Shown here: positions 1 through 9,524 of the stretch, in pieces
Layout: each line of letters begins with the position of its first letter
Numbering within the stretch: the stretch's first letter is position 1
Assembly: GCA_027622355.1 (NCBI GenBank)
Contig: JAQBZT010000002.1
Coordinates: forward strand, 1 to 32,029
Length of the DNA stretch: 32,029 nt
Reading direction: 5' to 3'
Source of the DNA: a bacterium
Lineage (GTDB): Bacteria; UBA8248
Translations under genes and position numbers: made by a program
The notes under the pieces: generated by a model
The model's input: only the letters and a program-made list of their open reading frames with translations
What the model was told of the DNA's origin: nothing
Databases searched by the model: none

Positions 1-360
1 CTCGATGTGAACACCGAGGTCTGGAAAGGGCTCGTGCTTCTGACCGGCACCCTCGATTCCGCCGCCATGCGGAGCGCCGTGGAGCAGATGGCCCGGATGG
101 ATAGCCGCGTGCGTGCGGTTTACAACGAAATACTAATCGTCACACCGGCGGAAAAGGAAGAAAGAAGAGAGGCCACGCAGCAGAAAGGCGAACCGAAACA
201 GGGCAAGATCGGCCAGTTCGTGAACGATGTGTGGATCAACGCCAAGATCAGGGCGAAGCTTCTGACCACCCGGGCGGTCAAGTCCGTGAACTACCGCTGG
301 AACGCGGTGCGCGGCCAGGTCGCCATCATCGGCACCGCCCGCACGGAGGACGAGAAGTAG
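1..360 (+). CDS. BON domain-containing protein (OsmY-like), 5' end truncated by the window edge
   Basis: The frame is open from base 1. The translation shows two BON-like segments (GLVLLTGTLDSAAMRSAVEQMARMD.. and ..NAVRGQVAIIGTARTEDEK) typical of OsmY/BON periplasmic proteins. Confidence 0.6.
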   Translation, partial: LDVNTEVWKGLVLLTGTLDSAAMRSAVEQMARMDSRVRAVYNEILIVTPAEKEERREATQQKGEPKQGKIGQFVNDVWINAKIRAKLLTTRAVKSVNYRWNAVRGQVAIIGTARTEDEK

Positions 361-469
361 CTCGTGCTCCAGGTCGTTCGCGGAACGGTCGGCGTGCAGA
401 ACGTGAAGGATTACATCCAGGTCGGCAACCGGTAGACCGGGCCGGCCGTTAAAATTTCCGGAGTTTTCT

Positions 470-1480
470 TTGCTTCTCAGTGTCCTGGATCAGTCCCCGA
501 TCCGCACGGGCGGAACCCCCTCCGAAGCGGTGCACGAAACCCTCGCCCTCGCCGAAGCCGCCGAGCGCCTGGGCTATCACCGCTACTGGGTCGCCGAGCA
601 TCACAGCACGCCCGGCTTCGCGGGCTCGACGCCCGAGGTGCTCCTGGGCCAGATTGCGGGGCGCACGAAGCAGATGCGCGTCGGCTCGGGCGGGGTGATG
701 CTCAGCCATTACAGTTCCTTCAAGGTGGCCGAGAACTTCCGCATGCTGGAGACGCTCTACCCCGGCCGGATCGACCTCGGCATCGGCCGCGCCCCCGGCA
801 GCGATCGGCGCACCGCCTCCGCCCTGGCGCACGGCCCCGGGGCGCTCGGCATCGAACACTTCCCCGATCAGATCGAAGACCTCCTCGGCTTCCTCCGCGG
901 GGAGTTGAAGGAGGGCCATCCCTTCCGCGGAGTGCGCGCCATGCCCGAGGGGCCCACCTGTCCCGAGCCCTGGGTCCTCGGCTCGAGCGATCAGAGCGCC
1001 AGCTACGCCGCCCATTTCGGCCTTCCCTTTTCCTTCGCGCACTTCATCAACCAGTACGGCGGCCCGCAGATCATGGCCGCCTACCGGGAGCATTTCCGCC
1101 CCTCGGCCTGGCGGGATGCGCCTCTGGGGAGCGTCGGCCTCTCGGTCATGTGCGCCGGGACGGAGGAGGAGGCTCGCCGCCACGCCGCCTGCCGCGTCTT
1201 CTGGTTCGTCCGCATCCGCACCGGCCAGCTGACGGCCATCCCCTCGGCCGAGGAGGCCGAGGCGCACGTCTACACCGAGATGGAGCGCCAACTCGCCGAG
1301 GATATCTGGAGCCGCACCATCTGGGGCACCCCGGATCAGGTGAAGGAGCAGATCGAGGCGCATCTCGCCGCCTACGGCGTGGAGGAAGCCGTCATCGTCA
1401 CCGTCTGCCACAGCTTCGAGGCGAGGATGCGCTCCTACGAGCTCATCGCCGGGGCCTTCGGGCTGGAGGGGAGGGGTTGA
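470..1480 (+). CDS. LLM-class flavin-dependent oxidoreductase (luciferase-like monooxygenase, YhbW/MsnO8-like)
   Basis: The N-terminus LSVLDQSPI...LAEAAERLGYHRYWVAEHH...GSGGVMLSHYSSFKVAENFRMLETLYPGRIDLGIGRAPG is characteristic of this family. TTG start with a GGAG about 7 nt upstream. Confidence 0.85.
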   Translation: MLLSVLDQSPIRTGGTPSEAVHETLALAEAAERLGYHRYWVAEHHSTPGFAGSTPEVLLGQIAGRTKQMRVGSGGVMLSHYSSFKVAENFRMLETLYPGRIDLGIGRAPGSDRRTASALAHGPGALGIEHFPDQIEDLLGFLRGELKEGHPFRGVRAMPEGPTCPEPWVLGSSDQSASYAAHFGLPFSFAHFINQYGGPQIMAAYREHFRPSAWRDAPLGSVGLSVMCAGTEEEARRHAACRVFWFVRIRTGQLTAIPSAEEAEAHVYTEMERQLAEDIWSRTIWGTPDQVKEQIEAHLAAYGVEEAVIVTVCHSFEARMRSYELIAGAFGLEGRG

Positions 1481-3274
1481 TCAGGTCTTCAGGCTCGTCT
1501 TCCTGAGCCTAAAGTCACCCGGCGTGACTTCGAGGCACTCGCCCTCTCGCAGAAATTCGAGCGCCTGCTCGAGGCTGAACTGCTTGGGCGGGATGAGCTG
1601 GATGGCGGCGTCCGCTCCCGACGCGCGCATGTTGGTGAGCTTCTTCTCTTTCGTGATGTTGACGGCCATGTCGCTCTCGCGGCTGTTCTCGCCGATGATC
1701 ATCCCCTCGTAGATCTCATCCACCGGGCTGACGAAGAGCGTGCCCCGTGCCTGAAGGTTGTTGATGGCATAGCCGGTGGCCTTGCCGGTCCGATCGGCGA
1801 TGAGCGCCCCCGTCACCCTTCCCGGGATGTCGCCCGACCAGGGCGACCAGCCGCCGAAGATGTGGGTGAAGAGGCCCGTCCCCCGGGTGTCGGAGAGAAA
1901 CTCGCTGCGGTAGCCGATGAGTCCCCGGCTCGTGATGCGGAAATCGAGCCTTGCCCTTCCCCTGCCGTGGTTCACCATCTTCACCATCTTTCCCTTCCGG
2001 CCGCCGAGCTTCTGGGTGACGATGCCGATGTACTCCTCGGGCACGTCCACCACCACATCCTCCATCGGTTCGAGGGTCTTGCCCTCCTCCTTGCGGAGAA
2101 GGACCTCGGGACGGCCCACCGTCAGCTCGTATCCCTCGCGGCGGAGCTGTTCGATCAGAACGGCGAGCTGAAGCGTGCCCCGGCCCGAGACGCGGAAGGC
2201 GTCGGGGGTACCCGTCTCCTCGACGCGGAGGGCGACGTTGTTGCGCGCCTCGCGCAGCAGCCGTTCGCGAATCTGGCGCGAGGTGAGGAACCGGCCGCTC
2301 CTTCCCGAAAAGGGAGAATCGTTCACGCGGAAGGTCATGGCGATGGTCGGCTCATCCACCCGGATGGGGGGGAGGGCGCGCGGGTCTTCGGGATCGGCGA
2401 TGGTGTCTCCGATGTCCACGTCCTCGAAGCCGGCGACGGCGACGATCTCGCCGGGTCCCGCCGCAAGGATGGGCACCCGGGAGAGGCCCTCGTAGTGGAA
2501 GAGCGAGGTCACATCCCCGGGGATCTCCTTGCCGGTATCGTCGACGACAAGGGCGGCGCTCTTGGCGGTAATCCGCCCGCTGCGCACCCGGCCGATCGCG
2601 AGGCGGCCGATGTAGTTGTCGTATTCGGTCCGGGAGATGAGCATCTGGAGGGGGACGCCCTCTTCGTACGTCGGGGCGGGGATGGCCGTGAGCAGGGTTT
2701 CGAAGAGGGGCTGGAGGTTGGCCGCGAGATCATCCGGCGCGGCGCCCGCCCTCCCGTCTCTTGCGATGGCGTAGAGAACGGGGAATCCGAGCTGCTCCTC
2801 CGAGGCGTCGAGATCGATGAAGAGGTCGTAGATCTCATCGAGGACCTCTTGGGCCCGCGCGTCCGCCCGGTCCACCTTGTTGATCACCACCACGAAGGGA
2901 AGGGCATACGCGAGGGCTTTCAAAACGACGAAGCGGGTCTGCGGGAGGGGGCCCTCCGAGGCGTCCACGAGGAGCATGACGCCGTCCACCATCGAAAGGA
3001 TGCGCTCGACCTCGCCGCCGAAGTCGGCGTGCCCCGGGGTGTCCACGATGTTCAGGCGCACCCCGCGGTAATTGACGGAGCAGTTTTTCGCCATGATGGT
3101 GATGCCCTTTTCCCGCTCGAGGTCCATCGAGTCGAGGACGCGGGTGGCCACCTCCTGCCCCTCGCGGAAGATGCCGCTCTGCCAGAGCATGGCGTCCACG
3201 AGGGTGGTCTTGCCGTGATCGACGTGGGCGATGATGGCGAGGTTGCGGATGTCGGCGCGGGTGATGATGGGCAT
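1481..3274 (-). CDS. typA: Translational GTPase TypA/BipA
   Basis: [19 protein letters not shown] (G1), [14 protein letters not shown] (G3), NKVDR (G4), and a full-length EF-G-like architecture of 597 aa. Confidence 0.95.
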   Translation of the reverse strand: MPIITRADIRNLAIIAHVDHGKTTLVDAMLWQSGIFREGQEVATRVLDSMDLEREKGITIMAKNCSVNYRGVRLNIVDTPGHADFGGEVERILSMVDGVMLLVDASEGPLPQTRFVVLKALAYALPFVVVINKVDRADARAQEVLDEIYDLFIDLDASEEQLGFPVLYAIARDGRAGAAPDDLAANLQPLFETLLTAIPAPTYEEGVPLQMLISRTEYDNYIGRLAIGRVRSGRITAKSAALVVDDTGKEIPGDVTSLFHYEGLSRVPILAAGPGEIVAVAGFEDVDIGDTIADPEDPRALPPIRVDEPTIAMTFRVNDSPFSGRSGRFLTSRQIRERLLREARNNVALRVEETGTPDAFRVSGRGTLQLAVLIEQLRREGYELTVGRPEVLLRKEEGKTLEPMEDVVVDVPEEYIGIVTQKLGGRKGKMVKMVNHGRGRARLDFRITSRGLIGYRSEFLSDTRGTGLFTHIFGGWSPWSGDIPGRVTGALIADRTGKATGYAINNLQARGTLFVSPVDEIYEGMIIGENSRESDMAVNITKEKKLTNMRASGADAAIQLIPPKQFSLEQALEFLREGECLEVTPGDFRLRKTSLKT

Positions 3275-3415
3275 CGGGAATCCTGCGTGGCAAGGTTCAT
3301 GGCGGCGCGCTGGCCGGTCCCCCGGAGCGGGGGACGCCGGATAATGGCCGAAATGGAGGTGGGATTCAAGGGCCGGGGCGGGGGCGGCGCTGCCGCAGGC
3401 GCTTTGGAGAGCGGG

Positions 3416-5038
3416 TCAATCGGGGAAGGTGTAGCCCGCAAAGTCCTCGCGGAGCTTGGTTTTGAGGAGCTTGCCCGTCGCCGTATGGGGGAGTTCCTCC
3501 ACGAAAATCGCGTCGTTCGGGATGCACCATTTGGCGATTTTCCCCTCGTAGAAGGCGAGGAGGTCTTCCTTCGCGAGGTTTGCCCCCTCGTTCAGCACGG
3601 CGAGGAGCAGGGGCCGCTCCCCCCATTTGGGGTGGTCCGCCGAGATGACAGCGGCTTCTTTCACGTCGGGATGGCCGAAGGCGATGTTCTCGAGCTCGAT
3701 GGAGCTGATCCACTCCCCGCCCGACTTGATGACATCCTTCGTCCGGTCGGTGAGGTGCATGTAGCCGTCGGGATCGATGGTGGCCACATCCCCGGTCTGG
3801 AACCACCCGTCCGCGTCGTGCACGTCGCTCTCTTCCTCATTGAAGTAGCGGCTGCACACCCAGGGCCCGCGCATTTTCAGGTTGCCGAAAGCCACGCCGT
3901 CGCGGGGGAGCTCCCCGCCGTCATCCCCCGTGATCTTGAACTCGACGCCGAAGGGGGGCCGGCCCTGCTTGATCTCGATCTTGAGGCGCTCTTCTTCGGG
4001 AAGCCCCTCCATCTTCCGTTTGGGCAGGTTGACGGTGCCGATGGAGCTGCATTCGGTCATGCCCCAGGCGTGGATGGCCGCGGTGCCGTACTTGCGGAAT
4101 TCCTGGATCATCGAGCCGGGAAGGGCCGAGCCGCCGATGACGGCGCGCTTGAGGGAGTCGATCCGCTTGCCGGATTTCTTCAGGTAGGCCAGGAGGAGCA
4201 TCCAGACGGTGGGGACTCCGGCGGTGACAGTCACGCCCTCGGTCTCGATCAGCTCCTGGAGGCTCTCCCCGTCCATCTTGGGGCCGGGGAAGACGAGCTT
4301 CGCCCCCGCCAGCGGCGCGGCATAGGGAAACTCCCACGCGTTGACGTGAAACATCGGCACCACCGGCATCGCCACTTCCCGGGCGGAGAGGTGGAGCGAA
4401 TCGGGAAGCGCCACGGCGTAGGAGTGAAGGACCGTGGCTCGGTGGCTGTAGAGGGTGCCCTTGGGGTTTCCGGTGGTCCCCGAAGTGTAGCAAAGCGCGG
4501 AAGCTGTGTTCTCGTCAAAGACCGGCCATTCGTAGCCGTCATCCTCCGCGGCGAGAAGCCGTTCGTAGCACAGGGCGTTCTTCAGCTTCGTCTTGGGCAT
4601 GTTGGCCTCGTCCGTCATGATGACGAACCCTTTCACGCCCGGGATTTGGCCGGCGATTCCCTCCAAGAGGGGAACGAAGGTGAGATCGGAAAAGATGTAG
4701 GCATCCTCGGCGTGATTGATGATGTAGGCGATCTGCTCGGGAAAAAGGCGCGGGTTGATGGTGTGGCAGATGGCGCCCGAGCCGGAGACGCCGAAGTAGA
4801 TCTCGAAGTGGCGGTAGCCGTTCCAGGCGAGGGTGGCGATGCGATCGCCCATGTTCACGCCGAGCCGTCCAAGCGCCTTGGCGAGTTTTTTCGAACGGCG
4901 GTTCGCGTCCGCATAGGTGTAGCGGTGAATCGGGCCTTCCACCGTCCGGGAAACGATTTCGGTGTCGGCGTGGTTTTGGGCCGCGAATTTGAGAAGCGTG
5001 GAAATCAGCAACGGAAAATCCATCATCAGCCCGCGCAT
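3416..5038 (-). CDS. Long-chain fatty acid--CoA ligase (AMP-dependent synthetase/ligase family)
   Basis: AMP-binding motif [13 protein letters not shown], then GWFQTGD and a C-terminal ...[13 protein letters not shown] start the gene at the internal ATG ([11 protein letters not shown]...) because GGGGGAAAAG lies just upstream. The 5161 start in the ORF track looks like a spurious extension. Confidence 0.85.
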   Translation of the reverse strand: MRGLMMDFPLLISTLLKFAAQNHADTEIVSRTVEGPIHRYTYADANRRSKKLAKALGRLGVNMGDRIATLAWNGYRHFEIYFGVSGSGAICHTINPRLFPEQIAYIINHAEDAYIFSDLTFVPLLEGIAGQIPGVKGFVIMTDEANMPKTKLKNALCYERLLAAEDDGYEWPVFDENTASALCYTSGTTGNPKGTLYSHRATVLHSYAVALPDSLHLSAREVAMPVVPMFHVNAWEFPYAAPLAGAKLVFPGPKMDGESLQELIETEGVTVTAGVPTVWMLLLAYLKKSGKRIDSLKRAVIGGSALPGSMIQEFRKYGTAAIHAWGMTECSSIGTVNLPKRKMEGLPEEERLKIEIKQGRPPFGVEFKITGDDGGELPRDGVAFGNLKMRGPWVCSRYFNEEESDVHDADGWFQTGDVATIDPDGYMHLTDRTKDVIKSGGEWISSIELENIAFGHPDVKEAAVISADHPKWGERPLLLAVLNEGANLAKEDLLAFYEGKIAKWCIPNDAIFVEELPHTATGKLLKTKLREDFAGYTFPD

Positions 5039-5294
5039 TTTCTTTTCCCCCTGCCGGAAAGGGCGCCTGTCCAAGTTGCGGGCCGCTGCCCGGTTCCGTG
5101 TCGAAACGGTTCCGAAGATTTTAAGGATTCCGATAGTATGGTAACTATCATTCGTACACATTCAGGTCAATGGAATCCATGTGCCTGGGGCGGGAGCGGT
5201 TTTTCCTTCGTCCCCGGTATGGAAAGAGGCAGTTTACCGATGGAATTTCTTTTTTCATGATGCCATGGCACATCCCGAGGAGGGACTTGCGCAG

Positions 5295-5693
5295 ATGCCG
5301 TTCTACCGGTTCTCCGAGATGAAGAAGAAAGACTCCGATGTGGCTGTGGGACAGATGCAGAGCGTACCGGGAGAGCTCATGAAGGTCGGCGTAATGACCT
5401 TCCCGGAAGGAAAGGGCCCCCCGGCGCATTTTCATCCGAACGAGGAGCAATATGTTCTCGTCCTCGAGGGCAAGGTGCGCATGATTGTCGGCGAAGAGGA
5501 GGAAACGGTAGAGAAAGGGCACATCGTTCACCTTCCCCGGGGCGTGGTCCATGCGATGCGCATCCTGGAAGGGCCGGCGGTGTTTTTCACGGCGAAATCT
5601 CCGGCCGGAGATGGGGGCCTGACACAGGATTACCGCGAGGTGGATGGCGGCGATGCTTATGAGAGGCGGCTCGATTCCGCCGCGGGAAAATAA
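5295..5693 (+). CDS. Cupin domain protein (paralogue 1 of a tandem pair)
   Basis: Cupin motifs GPPAHFHPNEEQYVLVLEGKV and HLPRGVVHAM. Start chosen at MPFYRFSE because GAGGAGGG lies about 9 nt upstream and it aligns with the start of the downstream paralogue. Confidence 0.75.
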   Translation: MPFYRFSEMKKKDSDVAVGQMQSVPGELMKVGVMTFPEGKGPPAHFHPNEEQYVLVLEGKVRMIVGEEEETVEKGHIVHLPRGVVHAMRILEGPAVFFTAKSPAGDGGLTQDYREVDGGDAYERRLDSAAGK

Positions 5694-5725
5694 ATTTTTC
5701 ATACCCATCAGAGGAGTCTTTCGAG

Positions 5726-6127
5726 ATGGCATTCTACAAAGTTTCGGAAATTCCAAAGCGCGATGTGAGCAACATGGTTGAGGGCGGCTTCATGCAGAGC
5801 GTCTCGGGCGAATTCATGAAAGTCGGCATGGTGACCTACCCCGAGGGGTTCGGCCCGCCCGCGCACTTTCACCCGAACGAGGAACAGTACATTCTCATCA
5901 TGGCGGGCAAGGTGCATATGGTGCTCGGCGATGAGGAGCGCATCGTCGGGAAGGGCGATCTCGTCCACATCCCGCGGAACGAGAACCACGCCATCCGCAT
6001 CGTCGAGGGCCCCGCGGTGTTCTTCACGGCGAAGAGCCCGGCGGGGGACGGGGATTTGAATCAGGACTACAACCGCGCGGAAAGCGCGGACGCCATCCGG
6101 GAGAAACTCTCTGCGGATAACGCTTGA
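5726..6127 (+). CDS. Cupin domain protein (paralogue 2 of a tandem pair)
   Basis: MAFYKVSE..., GPPAHFHPNEEQYILIMAGKV, EGPAVFFTAKSPAGDG. Colinear with the upstream cupin over its whole length. Confidence 0.8.
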   Translation: MAFYKVSEIPKRDVSNMVEGGFMQSVSGEFMKVGMVTYPEGFGPPAHFHPNEEQYILIMAGKVHMVLGDEERIVGKGDLVHIPRNENHAIRIVEGPAVFFTAKSPAGDGDLNQDYNRAESADAIREKLSADNA

Positions 6128-7017
6128 TGGAAGCCGCTGTTCTCTTTGCGGTCGGAGCCTCCTTTCTTCTGGCGTGCCGGGACATCACCGGGCGGCTCGG
6201 GATGCGGGAAGTTGATCCTCTTACCGGGACAGCCGTTTCCGCTTTCGTGGGGTTGCCGGTTCTGGCGCTGGTGTCTTTTTTTCTGGGGGATTTTTCCGCG
6301 CCCTGGCCCGAGCTGGGTTGGCCTGTTTTGTATATTGCCCTGGCGGGAATTTTCCGGATCACCGCCGCCCGGACGCTCCTCTTTTCGGGGATGAAACATA
6401 TCGGTGCGGCGCGGGCCGGTTCCCTGGCGACGACCAACATTTTCTTCGCCATGATTTTCAGCGTCCTGTTCCTGGGTGAGCGGCTGACTGTCACGATAGT
6501 ATTGGGCACGCTTCTCATCGTGGCCGGCTGCCTGCTTCTGGGCCGGAGCCGGGCGGAGCAGGTGGCGGGCAGCGTGCACGCATCCCTCCGGGGGATCACG
6601 CTGGCGCTCCTCAGCGCGCTGGCTTTTGGCCTCTCGGTGGGGTTTGTGCGCCCGGGCATTCACGCGTTTGCCTCTCCCAACCAGGCGAATCTTTTTGCCA
6701 ACATCGTGGGTTTTCTGACCTACCTGCCGCTGTTGTGGGGGCGCTCCCCCGCCGCGGAGATGAGACGCTGGAGCCTCTCATCATGGGCTTGGCTGGTGGC
6801 CGCCGGAGGGGTCGCCAGCATGGGGGTGACGCTGTTCTATTTTGCCTTGGCGCGGGCGCCGGTCGTTGTTGCTGCCCCGATTGCACAAACCCGGCCGGTC
6901 TTTGTGGTCTTGTTTTCATGGTTGCTGTTGCAGCAGCAGGAGCGGGTGAATTGGCGGGTGAGTGTCGGGACCCTTGTCATTGTGGCGGGAGCGGCGCTGC
7001 TGATCGTCGGCCGCTGA
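6127..7017 (+). CDS. EamA/DMT-superfamily transporter
   Basis: About 10 hydrophobic segments arranged as two EamA-like halves. The ATG overlaps the cupin stop (TGATG). An alternative TTG start lies at 6124. Confidence 0.75.
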   Translation: MEAAVLFAVGASFLLACRDITGRLGMREVDPLTGTAVSAFVGLPVLALVSFFLGDFSAPWPELGWPVLYIALAGIFRITAARTLLFSGMKHIGAARAGSLATTNIFFAMIFSVLFLGERLTVTIVLGTLLIVAGCLLLGRSRAEQVAGSVHASLRGITLALLSALAFGLSVGFVRPGIHAFASPNQANLFANIVGFLTYLPLLWGRSPAAEMRRWSLSSWAWLVAAGGVASMGVTLFYFALARAPVVVAAPIAQTRPVFVVLFSWLLLQQQERVNWRVSVGTLVIVAGAALLIVGR

Positions 7018-7044
7018 ACCCGCTTTCCCTTGAAGAGAGGAGCG

Positions 7045-7890
7045 ATGGTTGTGGAGAAGCAACTTACCGATAGCGTCTATTATCAGAATATCTATCCCAC
7101 CTCCGGGTGCGTGGTGACCGATGCGGGGGCGGTGGCCGTGGACGGGCCATCCTTTCCTTCGGACGCCATCGCATGGCGGTCGTTCATCGAGAAAAAGGGA
7201 GGTCTCCGCTACCACATCAACAGCGAGCACCATGCCGACCACATCGTGGCGAACCGCTATCTCGGCGCGGATGTGATGGTTTCGGGGGAATACACGAATG
7301 CGCATTTTCTCGACTCGGTGAAATCCGACGAGGGAACAGTGGATTTCATCCGGCGCCTCAAGGAAGAAGAGGTCGTGCACATGGAGGGCTACAAGCTTCG
7401 CTGGCCTGAAATCGTTTTCCGCGATCGCCTGACCCTGGCTGTGGGCGGGCAGACCTTTCATCTGATTCATTCGCCGGGGCACACCTGGGGACAAACGCTG
7501 GTCCATGCGGTCGAGGCGCGGGTGGTTTTCACCGGGGACAATCTCACGCCGGGGATGCATCCTTTCTTTCATTCGGCGTCGGTATGGGGCTGGTTTCACT
7601 CGCTGGCGCTACTGGAGTCCCTCGATGTGGACTGGTTCGTTCCGGGCCACGGCGATCCCTGCGGAAAAGAAGAGATTGAGGTGCAGCGGACGAAGCTCCG
7701 CCGCGTCATCGGAATGGTGAAGGAGATGAAGGACAAGGGCCTGAGCCGCGAAGAGGTGCAGGAGCAGGGCGGATACATTGATGATCCCTCCCTGGATCAT
7801 CCCCGGGTGCTGGGCCCGAGGGCCCAGATGCTTGAGAAGGCAGGCCTCGGGAACATTTACGATCAACTGGATTTGCATCCGGCTTTTTAG
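7045..7890 (+). CDS. MBL-fold metallo-hydrolase
   Basis: Metallo-beta-lactamase signature SEHHADH, later HSPGHTWG and PGHGDP. Start uncertain (TTG 7030, ATG 7045 or GTG 7051). Confidence 0.75.
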   Translation: MVVEKQLTDSVYYQNIYPTSGCVVTDAGAVAVDGPSFPSDAIAWRSFIEKKGGLRYHINSEHHADHIVANRYLGADVMVSGEYTNAHFLDSVKSDEGTVDFIRRLKEEEVVHMEGYKLRWPEIVFRDRLTLAVGGQTFHLIHSPGHTWGQTLVHAVEARVVFTGDNLTPGMHPFFHSASVWGWFHSLALLESLDVDWFVPGHGDPCGKEEIEVQRTKLRRVIGMVKEMKDKGLSREEVQEQGGYIDDPSLDHPRVLGPRAQMLEKAGLGNIYDQLDLHPAF

Positions 7891-8050
7891 CGATTTTGCC
7901 GCCGCGCGCGCCGCCAGGCCGGGAAATGGGAGTTATGCGCGTTCCGGTCCTGTTTGAGAACCGTTCGGCGGACGAGTAAGATCATCGTCGGGGGGAATCT
8001 TCGGGGAGAATCATTCATCAACTCGATTCTCGAACACAGGGGAGGAGAAG

Positions 8051-8965
8051 ATGGATACCCTTCACATGGACGGCTTGCCGGTCCTTCGTGATCCGCTTTT
8101 TGTGATGGCCTTTGCCGGATGGAACGACGCCTCGGAGGCGGCGACGGACGCGGTTCGCTTTCTGGTGCGCAAGCTGAACGGGAAACGGTTCGCCTGGATT
8201 CATTCCGACCCCTATTTCCAGTACACCGATCAGCGGCCGCAGGTCAGGCTCGACGCGGAAGGAAACCGGCAGATTCACTGGCCCTCGAATGAGTTCTACT
8301 ACTGCGTCAGCCCCGAGCTGAAGCGTGATCTGATCGTCGGCATCGGCGTGGAGCCGCACATCAATTGGCGCCGGTTCAGCCGGGACGTTCTGAAGGTCAT
8401 TCACCGGAGCCGCGTTCAGATGTCGGTCACACTGGGCGCGTTTCTCGGAGGGGACCTGCATACGGAGCCGATTCACCTGATCGGTCTGGCCACCGAGCCC
8501 GCCCTGGGCGAGCGCCTGAACGTGGAGATGACGCGCTATGAGGGACCGACCGGCATCGTCGGAGTGGTGCATTCCCTGCTTCAGGATGAGGGCCACCCCG
8601 CGGTCAGCCTTTGGGCCAATGTCCCGCACTATATCGGTGGCATTTCCAATCCGAAAGCCACTCTGGCCCTGCTACAGTGCTTCTCGCGGTTTACCGAGGT
8701 GAGCCTGGACCTGGGCGGCATGGAGCGCTCCGCCGGCCGCTTCAACGATCAGGTGGAAAGCATGATCGCCCAGAATCCGCAAATCGCCTCCCTTTTCTCC
8801 GACGCCCAGTCGGGCAATGATTTCTCCGGAGAGATGGAGGACGACGATGATGATGCGGACGATGCTCCGGCGGTCGAGGGAGAGCTTCCTCCCGGCCGCG
8901 AGATGGCGGATGAGATCGAACGGTTATTCCGTCGCAGGCGGGGCGGAGAAGATTCGGAGAAGTAG
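8051..8965 (+). CDS. PAC2 (proteasome assembly chaperone 2-like) family protein with an acidic C-terminal tail
   Basis: LRDPLFVMAFAGWNDASEAATDAVRFL... and ...YEGPTGIVGV...LWANVPHY resemble the bacterial PAC2/DUF75 family. GGGGAGGAG RBS upstream of the ATG. Confidence 0.6.
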   Translation: MDTLHMDGLPVLRDPLFVMAFAGWNDASEAATDAVRFLVRKLNGKRFAWIHSDPYFQYTDQRPQVRLDAEGNRQIHWPSNEFYYCVSPELKRDLIVGIGVEPHINWRRFSRDVLKVIHRSRVQMSVTLGAFLGGDLHTEPIHLIGLATEPALGERLNVEMTRYEGPTGIVGVVHSLLQDEGHPAVSLWANVPHYIGGISNPKATLALLQCFSRFTEVSLDLGGMERSAGRFNDQVESMIAQNPQIASLFSDAQSGNDFSGEMEDDDDDADDAPAVEGELPPGREMADEIERLFRRRRGGEDSEK

Positions 8966-9054
8966 TTTTCCTCAGTTTGGCCGGAGTGGTTTCCTGTCGT
9001 TTCCGCCTCACTCTCGTTTTTTCGTGGTTTGATTCTTGCTTTTTTCAGAAGAGA

Positions 9055-9312
9055 ATGGCCGAAAGGTTTTATCAGGAGATGTTCGGCGCACCCGATGACG
9101 CGGGCGATCTCATCGGGGTGAATATCCCGCGCGTGGATGCGCCGCCGAAGGCAGAAGGATCGCCGGTATTCGCCGCAGGCCACAAGCTCTCGAATGCCCT
9201 TTACATGGTGCCCACCCTCGCCGCCATCGCCAACGTCGTTCACGATGCCACCGGAAAGAGGTTCACCCGCCTTCCCATCACCCCGGAGCGCGTCGCGCTC
9301 GCCCCCCCGTGA
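9055..9312 (+). pseudogene. C-terminal remnant of a molybdopterin-binding oxidoreductase large subunit (xanthine dehydrogenase/aldehyde oxidase/CoxL family)
   Basis: The translation ends ...VNIPRVDAP...LAAIANVVHDATGKRFTRLPITPERV. This matches the conserved extreme C-terminus of the family (..Y.IP...D.P... PAIANAi.DAtG.R...LPiTPEkv). The roughly 700 upstream residues of such a subunit are absent. Confidence 0.45.
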
Positions 9313-9524
9313 AAGTCTCCGCTGAGCGGACTTTCGCCGCGTCATTTCCTCTGTTTTGACCGGAATTCTTCATCCAGGGGCATTTGTCCGTAAACGCTGA
9401 GGGGGGGGGCGCGTCTTGACATTTCCGGAAGTCGGGAGAAAATTGTATCCATATAGATATATATGTCTCTTACCAGAGATAAATATTGCTCGAGATTAAG
9501 ATTATTGGAGATGAAAGGGCGCGC

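Noticed and set aside
449-1411. A 320-aa minus-strand ORF. The same applies to other ORFs of 60-340 aa overlapping annotated genes, for example 6024-6663, 6916-7599, 8018-8629, 9342-10148, 16271-17215, 21353-22381, 22504-23421, 23496-24518, 24482-25528 and 25786-26817.
   Set aside because: All of them overlap genes with clear family signatures on the other strand or in another frame. They show Arg/Pro/Gly-rich low-complexity translations expected from GC-rich non-coding frames.
1478-1483. The LLM oxidoreductase and typA converge with directly abutting stop codons (TGA followed by TCA) and no terminator space.
   Set aside because: This is real but unremarkable. Convergent genes with zero spacing occur in compact genomes, and no further structure was seen.
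3317-3335. A GC-rich hairpin, GTCCCCCG-GAG-CGGGGGAC, between the acyl-CoA ligase 3' end and the typA 5' end.
   Set aside because: No U-tract follows it on either strand, so it is not a canonical intrinsic terminator. It may still be a weak terminator or RNA-stability element, but I cannot support a call.
1862-5260. A 1132-aa ORF on the plus strand.
   Set aside because: It runs antisense across typA and the acyl-CoA ligase, both of which have unmistakable family motifs. The translation is low-complexity and rich in Gly, Arg, Ala and Asp, which is typical of shadow ORFs in high-GC DNA.
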